64,000 nt of DNA from NCBI GenBank assembly GCA_964016885.1, contig OZ024749.1, positions 18,228,001 through 18,292,000 on the forward strand, written 5' to 3'. The stretch is from Eledone cirrhosa. Lineage: Eukaryota. Shown in pieces: positions 14,541 through 28,767 of this stretch; positions within the stretch are counted from its first letter, which is position 1, and each line of letters opens with the position of its first letter. Position numbers and translations under genes: made by a program. The notes under the pieces are model-generated. The model saw nothing but the letters and a program-made list of their open reading frames with translations, made no database searches and was not told the origin of the DNA.

Positions 14541-15525
14541 CTTGATATATTTCTTTTTTCTTTTTTCTTTTTTCTTTTTTCTTTTTCTTTTCTTTCCTTT
14601 TTAATGTTTATTTATTATTTATTATTCTTTATTTTCTTAGCTTATAGATACATCTATATTAAGCAGTCAGCCCAAACCGTTGAATACTGACTCTCCCCCC
14701 CCCCTCCCACCTAATTTCTGTATCTTTATCTAAATGTGTGTGCCAGTGTTTATGTGAGTGAATTAATATCCATGTGCTTAGGATTTTATATCCACATATA
14801 TATATGTGAGTGGGGATGTGTGTGTGTTTGTATGTTCGTAGTTTATGTGTATGTCTATGCATATACGCGCGTGTATGTGTGATTGTACTGATATGTGTTA
14901 GTATGAAAATATGTGTATACACTTATTTCATATTTATGTATCTATACGCATCTTATCTGTGCATTATAGACTTACAGAGACATTAACCTTGAAATTTTGT
15001 ATTTGCATCCATCCTTTTTGTATGCGTATACAGGTTCTGCATACATTTTTGTAAAATATGTGTAAGGTTTGTTACATGTATATACACACACCGAACTGCA
15101 TTAAACCTTTTGTATTTTCATTGGTCAATTCTGTTCCCAAACGGACCTGAAAGTTTGAATTGTTGTTATTATCAATAAATATATTTCATTATTTCTGAAG
15201 ACGGCGTATATATGTGTTGGTATGTATATTTAATCTTGATAGTTTGTATAATTTTGTATAATTTTGTACATAGATCTGTTGAATATGCATGCCAACTCTA
15301 ACACATATATATCCTAGAAACGATCGTTAAATAATGAACTTTTTTTGTTTAATATAAGGAATTGTTTATTCATTATTTGTTTAATATTTTATCTTGACTC
15401 TGTATACCGTTTATCTTTCACCGAAAGTGATTTTTCATTACATCTCTTCTTTCCATGATATCCGGAATACATTGAGTTCTTCATACGGATTGGACACTAC
15501 CGTAAACTCTTGGTGGATTTATCTA
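13560..15525 (+). mobile_element. Microsatellite-rich 3' UTR/pLTR of a family H relative (H2)
   Basis: 15115-15370 aligns with 7040-7290 (ctgttcccaaac, HHR, aatataagga). Upstream is a degenerate (TG/TA)n tract. Confidence 0.7.
15185..15338 (+). ncRNA. Type I hammerhead ribozyme with ~115 nt stem II (family H2)
   Basis: ttcattattt CTGAAGA ... GAAA cgatcg TT aaataatgaa. 10-bp perfect stem I; gttggtatgtatatttaa pairs with ttgaatatgcatgccaac. Confidence 0.82.
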
Positions 15526-15533
15526 CATATATA

Positions 15534-15609
<76 letters not shown>

Positions 15610-15619
15610 TATATATCTA

Positions 15620-15657
<38 letters not shown>

Positions 15658-15775
15658 TATATATATCTCTCTCTCTCTATATATATATATATACAGATAT
15701 ATATATATTAATATATATATATGTAAGTATGTATGTATACGTACATACATATATGCATACAAACGTACAGTAGCA

Positions 15776-15820
<45 letters not shown>

Positions 15821-15943
15821 AGGAGGTTATAGCATTGTGTAATGAGGTATAAACGTTTGAATATGTATAATAAAGCCAAAACAATGAATGTATGGACATA
15901 GAAAAAGAATGCAATTGCAAAAGATATTGTTGACAATTCGTCT

Positions 15944-16007
15944 TTTACCTTAAATTTATTTTAAACGTCCTTAATTTTCGAGATAATATCTCTTCTTCAG
16001 AAGGAAA
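15944..16007 (-). ncRNA. Probable type I hammerhead ribozyme (family Q) in a short solo element at ~15818-16035
   Basis: ttcctt CTGAAGA a gagat att atctc GAAA att..aat TT aagg. One extra A after the core. Confidence 0.55.
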
Positions 16008-16044
16008 TAAAGGTCTCAAACCAGCGTTCTAAATATCTCTCTAT

Positions 16045-16249
16045 ATATACATACAGGTACACATACATATATGTACGTATCAGTTTAGCGGACGTTTATT
16101 ATAACGCCAGCTTTGTCCGTTTGTAAACAAACTGACAGCCTGCATTTATGCCGTACGGTGTTAAGGCAACCACGTCACCTTTTTGTTCAATACTGACACA
16201 GGAACGATGTACTAGTTTCAAGATACGTACATATATGTATGTGTACCTG

Positions 16250-16285
<36 letters not shown>

Positions 16286-16393
16286 TGCTACTGTACGTCT
16301 GTATGCATATATGTATGTACGTATACATACATACTTACATTTAAGTAAGTGCCGTACTAAGAGTGAGAAATGAAATTTCGTTTTCATTTTATT

Positions 16394-16395
<2 letters not shown>
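16045..16395. mobile_element. Rearranged fragments of the family F tandem unit (another at 15720-15780)
   Basis: Matches 47625-47788 forward, then inverts and matches 47495-47650. HHR truncated. Confidence 0.8.
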
Positions 16396-16481
<86 letters not shown>

Positions 16482-16601
16482 TATGTATCTATATATATAT
16501 ATATATATAGTTATATATATATTAATATATATCTGTATATATATATAGATATAGATATATATATATTAAGATATCTATATATATATATATATTAATATAT
16601 A

Positions 16602-16637
<36 letters not shown>

Positions 16638-16793
16638 TATACATCTATATGTATATATATTAATATATATCTATATATATATATATATTAATATTTATCT
16701 CTCTCTCTCTATATATATATATTAATATATATCTATATATATATATATATATTAATATATATCAATATATATATATTAATATATATCTATATA

Positions 16794-16836
<43 letters not shown>

Positions 16837-16916
16837 CGTGACTATCTCCCCCTCCGCCTTTTGGGATTCTTTCTCACGTCGTGTAGACGCGTTCTTGAGA
16901 CTAGTAAAATGAGGTA

Positions 16917-17006
16917 TCCTCTTGATAAGTCGGCAGACCTCGCAGGGACTCTATATCTTTATGATATATTGTTTTTGTTTATGCGACGAAACTACGTAGT
17001 CGAGGA
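16917..17006 (+). ncRNA. Hammerhead ribozyme, U3-A8 core variant (family I)
   Basis: tcctc TTGATAA gtcg...cgac GAAA ctacgtag TC gagga. Stem III is the palindrome ACTACGTAGT. Confidence 0.78.
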
Positions 17007-17075
17007 ATTTAGGAGCAGTTTAGGTATGATACATTTTATTACTAATTATATCTAAATGTTTCTTCTCTCTTCATA

Positions 17076-17188
<113 letters not shown>

Positions 17189-17359
17189 TATATATATATA
17201 TATGCAAAAGTTTTATTTAAAATTTTGGGTTACAACAAGTAAATATTTGTTTAATATCGTATATATATATATATTTATATATAGATATATAGATATATAT
17301 TAATATATATATATATATTAATATATATATATATAGATATATATACATATAGATATATA

Positions 17360-17431
<72 letters not shown>

Positions 17432-17603
17432 TATATATCTATATGTATATATATCTATATATATATATATTAATATATATATATATATTAATATATATCT
17501 ATATATCTATATATATATATATATATATATACGATATTAAACAAATATTTACTTGTTGTAACCCAAAAATTTTAAATAGAACTTTTGCATATATATATAT
17601 GTA

Positions 17604-17680
<77 letters not shown>

Positions 17681-17749
17681 TATGAAGAGAGAAGAAACAT
17701 TTAGATATAATTAGTAATAAAATGTATCATACCTAAATTGCTCCTAAAT

Positions 17750-17839
17750 TCCTCGACTACGTAGTTTCGTCGCATAAACAAAAACAATATATCATAAAGA
17801 TATAGAGTCCCTGCGAGGTCTGCCGACTTATCAAGAGGA
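17750..17839 (-). ncRNA. Hammerhead ribozyme, U3-A8 core variant (family I, second copy)
   Basis: Reverse complement of 16917-17006. Confidence 0.78.
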
Positions 17840-18231
17840 TACCTCATTTTACTAGTCTCAAGAACGCGTCTACACGACGTGAGAAAGAATCCCAAAAGGC
17901 GGAGGGGGAGATAGTCACGCGATATAACGGTCGAGAAACAGAGCTAAGCCTCTTATAACCACGAAGAAAATACCACGGAGGCGGAGGGGGTATTCATATC
18001 GAGGCCGCAGAAGAGGTGGTGAAGAAGGCTAGAAGTATGAGTAATGGAAGCTTTCCAGTTGTCCCCACACTTCAAAGATTGCTCGACCACTGGTTCAGTC
18101 TAGTTCAACTGAATTGGTCTGTCCCGGTCATTCATTGAGCAACATCGGTGAAGTCGGCACCCTTAACTCACAGTTGGGTGCGGATGCATTCATGTATATA
18201 TGTGTGTGTCCGCATGTATCTGTGTTTCTAA

Positions 18232-18264
<33 letters not shown>

Positions 18265-18341
18265 TAACATATATCTATATATATATATATATTAATATAT
18301 ATCTATATATATTAATATATATCTATATATAAATATATATA

Positions 18342-18421
<80 letters not shown>

Positions 18422-18445
18422 TATATATCTATGAAAATAATAATA

Positions 18446-18509
18446 TTTATCTGATGAAAACACAAATATTATTGCATGATGATGTTTGTTTTTGAAATGC
18501 GCATAATAA
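18446..18509 (+). ncRNA. Type I hammerhead ribozyme (family B, 5' pLTR)
   Basis: tttat CTGATGA ... GAAA tgcgca TA ataaa. Confidence 0.85.
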
Positions 18510-18717
18510 AATACATGGAACTCCTTTAACCATCTTTTGATCTTATATTATGTATACTCCAGTCCTACAAACTGTAGAGTGCTTCTTATACGATATCTGC
18601 ATTGCTTTATTGTACTACAATAAAACTCACCTCCTACATTAACTTGCTCCTTAACGGTTGAGCGCTTACTCTCATATTGGATACCTTTTGATGGTCTTTT
18701 ACCTCTTCTTCTACAAC

Positions 18718-21108
18718 ATGGATTATTACAACATAACCAATTCAACTAAAGACATTCCTATACCTGGTAAATCTGAATTTACCAAACTTCTTATTGAAAA
18801 AACTGACTCCTTCGTAAGAAGACTTAGATGGACAGCCTATTTCTATGACCAGCGCCTAAAAGGGAACTTCCATACCAAAGAACATAACTTCCTCGATCAT
18901 CTATTTAATTCTAGACGAAATCCTCCTTCCAACAAAAATCTAGTACAATTCGAGGAAGAATTAACTAAAATAATAAAAAATCTTAAATTCAAGAGATACC
19001 CTTACAAAGGATACAAAGGACAAGAGCACCTTGTAAATCTCAAGAACACAATTTCTAACCTAAATTCCTCAAAAAATGTTTTAGTCCACTCTGACAAAAC
19101 CAATAACTTATATGGTATTTCCAAGGATAATTATAACAACCTTATCCTGAAGGAACTTAGGAAAAAGTATCGTAAAACCAACCATGAAAATTTAGAATAC
19201 ATAAACCTTGAAGCCTCTGAGATTATGTCAAAACTTGGCATTGAAAAAAAGACCGAACCATTCCTCCCAAGAACTCCGAGGATAAATCTCAAGGATCACA
19301 AAAACAATTTTCGCACTGAACTACCTGTTAGATGAATCGCCCCCTCTAAATCTGATTTGGGGGTTGTTAGTAAAGCCATCTTGGATAGAATTATCCCACA
19401 GGTTAGTTCTAATTGCTCTTCTTTGAACCTAAATTTATGGTTTGGTACTTCTGAAGTGATTGGCTGGTTCAACAAATTGGATAATAAAAACAAACTAAAA
19501 TTTATTCAATTTGATATTGCCAGCTACTATTCCTCCATTTCGCCTTCACTTCTCAATAATGCTCTATCTTTCGCACTTAAATATTCTGACATCACCACAG
19601 ATGAACTTCACATCATCCTCACCGCACGTAAAACCATCCTAGAGTTCAACAACGAATATTGGACCAACTTCGACATCACAATGGGAGCATCCGATTCATC
19701 CCAATTGACTGATTTAATTGGTATCTTTATTTTGAACTCTTTGAGTCGGAAAATTCCTCAACTTCGCGGTGGAATTTATCGTGACGATGGACTCTTTACT
19801 ATCTTAAATTGCAATATAGTTAACCTTAATATTATTAAGAACAATATACGTAATCTCTTTAACCAACATAACCTAAAAATTGAATTTGATAATAGTATCA
19901 AACTAGCTAATTTCTTGGATGTATCTCTTAATCTTGACACTGGCCTATATTACCCTTACCATAAAAACAATGAGAACCTAAATTATGTTAACTTTAAATC
20001 TAACCATCCTACCAATATCAAGAATGGTATAGTTAGTAATATTGGAAAAAGAATATCTAACATATCTTCTAATAAAAACATCTTTGATGCTAACGCCAAT
20101 TACTATAATAACGCACTTTCTAAAGCCGGCTATCCAGATAAAATCAAATATAGTAAAGAAACAAATTCTAGAAAAACTTACAGTAGAATAATTAATCATG
20201 ATCATTCCAATAATTTTAATAAAAGACCTAGATACAAAAACATAATCTGGTATAATGCTCCTTTCTCCATCTCTATTAATAACAATATTCCTAAATTATT
20301 TTTTAGTGCCTTAAATAAATGCTTCCCTCCCTCACATATCTATAGTAAAATATTTAACAAACACACCATCAAATTTTCTTATTCTACATCCTCCAATATT
20401 TCCAACATTTCTAAACACAACAATAAAATACTAAATACTAAATCTCTTCCTTCCAACATCGAATTTCATAATAACAGTAATAGTACTCCCGACGTCATTG
20501 TAAACCCTAGGCTAACTTCTGTAAACCTAAATACAACGTCAAACACAACTTCGCTAAATGTTCATAATCCAACTCTAAATCAAGAAACTATTATTCCTAT
20601 TATTCCTATCGCAAACAACTTCTTCAATCCAATTCCTTCTATAGATAACACTAGGTCACTCATTAATAATCTCTCTAATTGCAACTGCCGCATTAAAAAT
20701 AAATGTCCTCTCAACAACCATTGTCTTGATAAAAACTTAATTTATGAATGTAAAGTTATAACTAGCACCAATTCCTTCACCTATTTTGGCTCCACTTCCA
20801 CCTCTTTTAAAGCTCGTCTCTATAATCACCATTCATCTTTTAAATACAAACTTAAAAGAACCAACACGGCTCTCTCAGAACTCATATGGTCCTTGAAAGA
20901 CAAAAACATTAAATATACCATCTTTTGGAAGAAGGTTTCTTCTGCATCCTCATACTTGAACAGCTCTCTATCTAAAATCTGTAATCTCTGCCTAAATGAA
21001 GAATTTACCATTATCTCTAATCTAGATTCTATAATAAATAGACGTACAGATTTGTTTTCTATCTGCCTGCATACATTCCATAGGACTTTTCACAAAGTAT
21101 ACAGCTAA
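18718..21108 (+). pseudogene. PLE RT + GIY-YIG endonuclease polyprotein (family B) with one in-frame TGA at 19333
   Basis: KDIPIP, HSDKT, LKDHK, QFDIASYY, ITMGASDS, GIYRDDGL, FLDVSL, CNC..CPL..HC, IYEC..YFGST, CNLCLNE. The two track ORFs share a frame. Confidence 0.93.
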
Positions 21109-21751
21109 TATTCAATTCTTTATCAATTTAGAATCTTTTCTCAAAGACACATATACATACACCTCTTTAAAATATACCCATCTTCCTACCTTACTTCAAA
21201 GGGCATTATACACTCTATAATACTTGTTTACTCATTACCCTCATTCTATCTTCACCTTGTAAAATCCTTCATAACATATACATTTGTTTTTTTGACGTTA
21301 GAATATTCATCCGCAATTATTATTATTTTTTTCTCTCTATCATAAAACTTTTTAATCTCAATTTCACCCTTAATTTATTATTTTTTTCTCCCCAACAACG
21401 AACTCATTCTTAATACATATTAACTCTTTCTTCGCACATATTATCAACTCCTTCAATATACAAACCTTAACTTCACATTATTTTTCTCAAATCATCTAAT
21501 ACACAAACCTTAATAATTTTTTAATACATATTAACTCTTTCTTCGCACATATTATCAATTCCTTCAATATACAAACTTTAACTTCACATTATCTTTCTCA
21601 AATCCTTCTACACACAAACCTTAATAATTTTTTCTCTTCGTTAATTTTGAAATTGCCACAATACTTATCAACATACACCTTTTTGACGTTAGAATATTCA
21701 TCCGCAATTATTATTTTTTCTCTCTATCTTCATACATAAACTCCCTTTCTT

Positions 21752-22170
21752 TCCTCGTACATATTTTTCCCTTCGTTAATTTTCAAATTCTTTTAATTTA
21801 TACATTATCTTCCAACGGTTCTCAACCTCTCTATGTAAAACAATATATCTTTTCTCAGTTATAAAAACTATCTCTTTCTCTCTATCACCCATCTCTCCCT
21901 CTCCACCTTCACTCTCATCTCCTCCCCTTTTTTCACCCCCCCCCCTAAATAAAATATTTTTTCCTCGTACATATTTTTCCCTTCGTTAATTTTCAAATTC
22001 TTTTAATTTATACATTATCTTCCAACGGTTTTCAACCTCTCTATGTAAAACAATATATCTTCTCTCAGTTATAAAAACTATCTCTTTCTCTCTATCACCC
22101 ATCTCTCCCTCTCCACCTTCACTCTCATCTCCTCCCCTTTTTCATCCTTTCCACCCCCCCTCTCTAAATA
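21752..22170 (+). repeat. ~210 bp tandem duplication inside the family B 3' UTR
   Basis: ttcctcgtacatatttttccc... occurs at ~21751 and ~21961. Confidence 0.85.
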
Positions 22171-22277
22171 AAATATTTTTCCCAATATCACACATCAATC
22201 TAAAACCACTTTTCATATGTTGATTTAAAGCTGCACTATCCACAAGTGTTTTTTAGCCTTCATATCATGTTCTCCTG

Positions 22278-22344
22278 TTTTATCTGATGAAAACACAAAT
22301 ATTATTGCATGATGATGTTTGTTTTTGAAATGCGCATAATAAAA
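22278..22344 (+). ncRNA. Type I hammerhead ribozyme (family B, 3' pLTR)
   Basis: ttttat CTGATGA ... GAAA tgcgca TA ataaaa. Confidence 0.85.
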
Positions 22345-22418
22345 TACATGGAACTCCTTTAACCATCTTTTGATCTCATATTAATATATATCTATATATA
22401 TTAATATATATCTATCTA

Positions 22419-22798
<380 letters not shown>

Positions 22799-22811
22799 TA
22801 TATAAATATAC

Positions 22812-22929
<118 letters not shown>

Positions 22930-23102
22930 GAAAAGTGTAATTTACTACACAAAACGAAGGTTATAGAGAAAATTGAGGTTGGTAAAGTATTCTGTCTCTA
23001 ATATATTCCATGTGCCATTACCAACCTCAATTTTCTCTATAACCTTCGTTTTGTGTAGTAAATTACACTTTTCATATATACTAACCTACGCAAATCCGGA
23101 AA

Positions 23103-24308
23103 ATGGCACTGGAACAAGACAACACAACTTCAAACTCCAATATAAATGAGGAAATCCTGAAAATCCTAAAAGAGATAAATGGAAAACTCACCATTCTGAC
23201 AAAAAAACAAGATATACCCCAAACCACCACACCGACTGACAACCAAATTTATTTAAACGTTCAAAACGTATGCAACTTCATCGAAAAACTTATGAATACC
23301 AACACAGAACAGACGACATTGCTCCATATCAAAAACCAAATGGGACACCTCTGGAAAAAACATCTAAAAACCAGAAAATTCACTTTCTGGAATATGATAA
23401 AAAACCTCAACAAAGCTGGAATTTACCAAAAATGGATTAACTCAACACCGATAGTTTTACCACGTAAATTCCAAATAAAGCATATTACAAACGAACCTGA
23501 ACCAGAAAGAAAACTCCGTGAACAAATGTCACTCAACAGGATAAACATGGAAATAGAACTCCTAAAATTAAGGGCCACCTCCAACGAGCAAGAGTATAAG
23601 GATACTGATAAAAATATGGAGGAAGAATGCACTAAAAAGGCCGAGGGAACAACCCTACAAAATTTAATCAAATCGTGGAAACAGGACTGCGAGAATGCAG
23701 AAATTATTTCCCTTAAACGGTGGGAAAAATCCGAAAACTGGTTTCTCAAATATGAAGAAGACTTTAAAAGGACGCACCAAACAGGTAACCCCTTTATAAA
23801 GCATCTGAACATAACAAGAACTACAACAGACACATTTACACCACCAAACCCAACACACACTAACCACAGGCACATCCCCCACCAACACAAACCAAATACG
23901 GCCAACTACACCAAAAGAAACACACCCAACCACCACAACACAGGTTTCCGAAGAAATGCCCCCTACATAAACCAACGACGAATTAACATAGATCCAACTC
24001 ACAACACATACACCACATTCCTCAGAAGAAATCCACCAGACCACTTGAAATCACAACAGAACTTACCCACAACCACACCAGACATCACCCTCAATCCAAC
24101 AAAAGACAACCCCCCAACCTCAACACTCTGTACCACAGAAATAACGCACCCAGACCACATGAACCAACAACAGAACCCTTGCTCATCAACAACCACAACA
24201 CATACCACCCCCACCATCACATTCACCCTCATGAAACAACAAGCTACAGACCCACACGCAACAGACCAACAAAATATAATCACACACAAAACTACATTCC
24301 TTTTTTAG
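23103..24308 (+). CDS. ORF1 / N-terminal region of family G (predicted helical N-part, Thr/Asn/Pro-rich linker), 401 aa
   Basis: Uninterrupted ATG-started ORF directly downstream of the 5' pLTR. Overlaps the RT ORF, which is in the -1 frame. Confidence 0.7.
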   Translation: MALEQDNTTSNSNINEEILKILKEINGKLTILTKKQDIPQTTTPTDNQIYLNVQNVCNFIEKLMNTNTEQTTLLHIKNQMGHLWKKHLKTRKFTFWNMIKNLNKAGIYQKWINSTPIVLPRKFQIKHITNEPEPERKLREQMSLNRINMEIELLKLRATSNEQEYKDTDKNMEEECTKKAEGTTLQNLIKSWKQDCENAEIISLKRWEKSENWFLKYEEDFKRTHQTGNPFIKHLNITRTTTDTFTPPNPTHTNHRHIPHQHKPNTANYTKRNTPNHHNTGFRRNAPYINQRRINIDPTHNTYTTFLRRNPPDHLKSQQNLPTTTPDITLNPTKDNPPTSTLCTTEITHPDHMNQQQNPCSSTTTTHTTPTITFTLMKQQATDPHATDQQNIITHKTTFLF

Positions 24309-26547
24309 GGAAAAGCCTGAAATACCAGGATACTCGATGCCCCCCCCCCCAGGAGAAACCAAAAATAATCAACCTCTCAAAGACACCTCTAACCAACACA
24401 CAAATCAACATTTTAAGTAAGGGCCTGAAATTTACACCTACACCACGTAAACCAAACTTCCCCGAAATGAAGGATGACATCATGGAATACTGCCGAAAGC
24501 TGCCACTAACGGAATTCTTCCACAACGACACCAACACTGAAGACGAATCACTGGTTAGAAATAAAAGCAATTTCTGCCCACAAAAGGGAAGAAATAAAGC
24601 ACTGGACACGTACTGCGAACACATCACCAACTTTCCCTATGAAAAAATTACAAATAAACACACGAAATCAAACCTATCTACACACGAATGGGAAGAATTA
24701 TTCACACTTAGAAACAACCCTGAGATAACTATCAAAGAAGCCGATAAAGGCAGTACTGTTGTCATTATGAATACGGACTACTATAGGACCCTCGCACTTA
24801 ACATTTTAGAAAACAACACATACTATGAAAAAACAGAAAACTACAAACACACCAAAACAATGGGGAACCTTTTGACCTTACTGAATAAATACCGCAACAG
24901 CTTAACCACAAAAGAGTTTAACTATATAAGCCACTTCAAATGCAATACAAACTCTTTTTACAGCTTACCGAAACTCCACAAATGTAAACCCATAAACGAT
25001 GCATGTGACACCTCAACCAACAATTACATTGAACTAACACCACCAGAAGACCTAAAACTCAGGCCAATTATAGCAGGCCCTACATGTGAAACCCACAGAC
25101 GTAGCAACTTTCTGGAAATCCTACTGAAACCCTTTCTACAACATATACAGAGCTACATACGAGATGACCTTGACATGCTGAAACACCTCCCTAAAACAGT
25201 AAGTGCAAATACAGTTCTTGTCTCCTTTGACGTAATAAACCTCTACACAAACATGCCCCACAACTATGGAATAACAGCAGTCCAATACTGGCTTAACACA
25301 CACCCATCAGAAATACCGACACGCATCAACACAGAATTTATCACTGACGGACTCCGCTTTATCCTACAAAATAACTACTTCACATTCAATGGTTCAACAT
25401 ACAGACAAGTATCAGGTACGGCAATGGGCACGAAAGTAGCACCCACATATGCCAACCTAGTCATGGGATTCCATGAACAACAAATATACAGTCAGTCCCT
25501 TCTCTTATTTGGAGACTATTTCCACATACACCTCAAAGCCAATTGGAAAAGATATCTAGACGACTGCTTTATCCTATGGCAAGAAGACATGAACTCACTT
25601 ACTACGTTTAAAAACATGATAAACAACATAGATAATAACATACAATTCACAATGGAATCCAATCCCAAGGAATTAGCCTTCTTGGATATTCTCATCTCTG
25701 TAATAGACGGGAAATTAGATACAGATATATTCTATAAACCCACAGATTCCAAGCAATACCTCTTTTTCACATCAAGTCACCCAAAACATACAAAACTTAA
25801 CATTCCTTACAATTTGGCCAAACGTATATGTACCATAGTATCAGATCCACCTAAACGGGAGCAAAGACTAAAGGAACTAAAAGAACCTTTCCAGTTGAAA
25901 TAATCAACAATGGAATAGACAGAGCAAAACACCTAAATCCCCATCAACTTAACAATCCAAAACAGAAAACCACACTCAACACCCTGCCATATGTATCCAC
26001 TTTCAACCCCAGAAATACCGAAATGTTTGATCACCTACACAAAAACCTCCCCATCCTACTTAAAGATGTAAAAATGAAGTCTATTCTTGAAACACACAAG
26101 ATCCTTAAAAGTAAAAGACAACCCAAATCACTAAAACGCATTCTCACTGGACCAAATATACCCAAACCAATCCTCAACCCTACAGTTACCAAATGTGGTA
26201 GAACAAACTGTTGAACGTGCCTCTACCTCACTGAAGGACAAACATTTACATTCAAAGATGGCCAAACATTTACAGTAAAAAACAATTTCACCTGCAACTC
26301 GGAGAACTTGATTTACGCAATAACTTGCGGTGGGTGCAAACACAACTACATAGGACAGACGGGCACCTCATTACGCAAAAGAATGACCATCCACCACCAA
26401 CAAATCCGGGACGCTAACACAAGAAAAATCCCCTTGAGCAGCCATATTGCGAACTGCGCAAGAATGACACTACCCAACTTTAAAATCTTCCCCGTCTACA
26501 AGTGCTCAGATTCGTTCACACAGCAACAAAGAAAATCTATTCCTTAA
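24299..26547 (+). pseudogene. RT + Cys linker + GIY-YIG endonuclease (family G)
   Basis: INLS, LSKGLKF, EADKG, LPKLHK, LRPII, FDVINLYT, GTAMGT, KRYLDD, FLDI, CGRTNC.TC, LIYAITC..YIGQTG. Frameshift near 25890 and stop at 26212. Confidence 0.93.
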
Positions 26548-27417
26548 CAAATTTAAACCAAAACTAAACGGGTTATCACCCCAATAGAATTGTCATAAAA
26601 TATAAACACACATACGCACGGAGTGACAGATATAAGTGTTTGTATGTGTGCATGTATATAAGTATCACTACTATTAAAGACCAGAGACCAATTCTGTAGA
26701 ATCAGGTTTATTCGTTGACAGACCATGCCTTTGTGTGACCAACACATCCATGTTAAACCCTGCACGTGCACACACATATATCTATATATATATGCGCACA
26801 CAGAATTCACCACTGTCGGTTGCGGGGCCCAATCTACATGAAGAACTCAATGTGATCAGAATGACTTGTATTTTAATTTCACTGTCCTAACTTCTTATAT
26901 TATGGAAAAAATATATGTGTATGTATGTATATATATATATTTGGAGGCCATTTCTCTGTGTGTGGGTGTATGTATGTGTATATGTGTGTGTGTGTGTGTA
27001 TGTGTGTGCATGTGGATGTATGTATTGTGTGTGCGTGTGTGTGTGTGTGTATGTATGTGTGTATCTGGATGTATGCGTATGTGTATATATATATATGTGT
27101 GTGTGTGTATATATATGTGTGTGTATGTGTATATATGTGTGTGTGTGTGTTTGTATGTGTGTATGTATATATATGTGTGTGTGTGTATGTATGTGTGGGT
27201 GTGTGTATATATATATATGTATGTATATGTGTGTATATATGTGTATGTACACATATATATATATATGTGTGTGTGTGTATGTATGTGTGTATCTGGATGT
27301 ATGTGTATGTATGTATATATATATGTGTGTGTGTGTATATATATATATGTGTGTGTATGTGCATATATGTGTGTGTGTATGTGTGTATGTATATGTATGT
27401 GTGTGTATGTATGTGTG

Positions 27418-27500
<83 letters not shown>

Positions 27501-27861
27501 ATGTATATGTATATGTATGTATGTGTGGATGAAGGTATGTGTGTATATATAGGTGTAAGTGCACTAAATCCCTTTCTATCAATCTCCCCTCTCCTACCGA
27601 CCACAGCGAGATATATGTATGTATATTGCTTCCACCCCCTCACTGACTAGCAGCTGGCCATCTGGCCATTGCTAAATCTGACCTTTATAAAATAACCCAC
27701 ACCCCAAATAACTTCTCATTCACTACCAGAAAGGCACACAGCAGTCAACTTGCAGCTACCAAGATGAAAACTAATATGAAATCCCACAATGAATTTTATA
27801 CTTGAATTTTCAAATCTCAAATTTTAACTCCTCTTATTATTAATTTTTCTTAATATTAATC

Positions 27862-27911
27862 AACATTTGAAAAGATGGCTTTTGCAGACCCATCGAAACC
27901 GGTCATTTGTT
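27862..27911 (+). ncRNA. Hammerhead ribozyme, U3-A8 core variant (family G)
   Basis: aacat TTGAAAA gatgg cttttgcagac ccatc GAAA ccgg TC atttgtt. Stem III is the palindrome ACCGGT. Confidence 0.75.
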
Positions 27912-28025
27912 ATACCCTTTATTATTTCCTTACCTTATAAAATTATATGTTTTTTCACAAAAAAGTATTCTGTCTCTTATATATTCCATGTGCCATTACC
28001 AACCTCAATTTTCTCTCTCTCTCTC

Positions 28026-28073
<48 letters not shown>

Positions 28074-28226
28074 TATATATAAATATATATATATATATAT
28101 CTATATCCAAAATTAAGATAGATTAAAAGAATTCAATCAGAATCGAAATTGTGGGTGTCATTCCTTAACGGAATGCGCCATATCGCCCGGAAAATAAGCT
28201 CTAGGACTTTGTAGGTACGAGCATTT

Positions 28227-28537
28227 TATAATAACTAGGAATTGATCAACATATATATAAATAAATATAAACATGAAAAATCACAGGAGATAATTTTTAC
28301 AAGCGTGTAACCATGCATGGCTAGGAGGTAACAAATAAATAAAGTTAACTAGAACTTCAAAAATATATACCTTTTAATGATTAATCATTAAAAGGTATAT
28401 ATTTTTGAAGTTCTAGTTAACTTTATTTATTTGTTACCTCCTAGCCATGCATGGTTACACGCTTGTAAAATTATCTCCTGTGATTTTTCATGTTTATATT
28501 TATTTATATATATGTTGACCAATTCCTAGTTATTATA
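28227..28537. repeat. Near-perfect palindrome with ~155 bp arms, centre gattaatc at ~28382
   Basis: Arms are reverse complements with about two differences and no spacer. Confidence 0.95.
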
Positions 28538-28767
28538 TAAATATATATATACATTTCGTTTCTGAATTTGTTTAGTAAGATTCTTTATCTGAAATCGTGT
28601 GTTGAAATCGATATTGTTATACTTTGGGAGGGTCATGTTGCCAATAAGAAACACACGCACCAGTTGCTTTCACTTCAATTTATTATAATAAATTTATAAT
28701 AAATTTATAAATTTATAAATTTCTGGTTGGTTGGTTGGTTCCACAACCAGATAGTTGTTTATATATT

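Larger units (their letters stand above)
18430..22380 (+). mobile_element. Near full-length PLE family B (Hydra-type) with direct pLTRs
   Basis: HHR-bearing direct repeats at 18445-18545 and 22278-22378 flank an RT-EN ORF. Flanked by (TA)n. Confidence 0.95.

Noticed and set aside
19333-19335. In-frame TGA codons in PLE ORFs as possible selenocysteine (also 26212 and 33880)
   Set aside because: Sister copies have TTA (Leu) and TGG (Trp) at 19333 and 33880. The 26212 codon falls between, not on, the conserved Cys residues. No convincing SECIS was seen, so these look like ordinary nonsense mutations.
23423-24630. Antisense ORFs overlapping PLE ORFs (also 30206-31213, 32063-34076, 43978-44749)
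   Set aside because: Shadow frames caused by the A/C-rich sense-strand bias, with no recognisable motifs.
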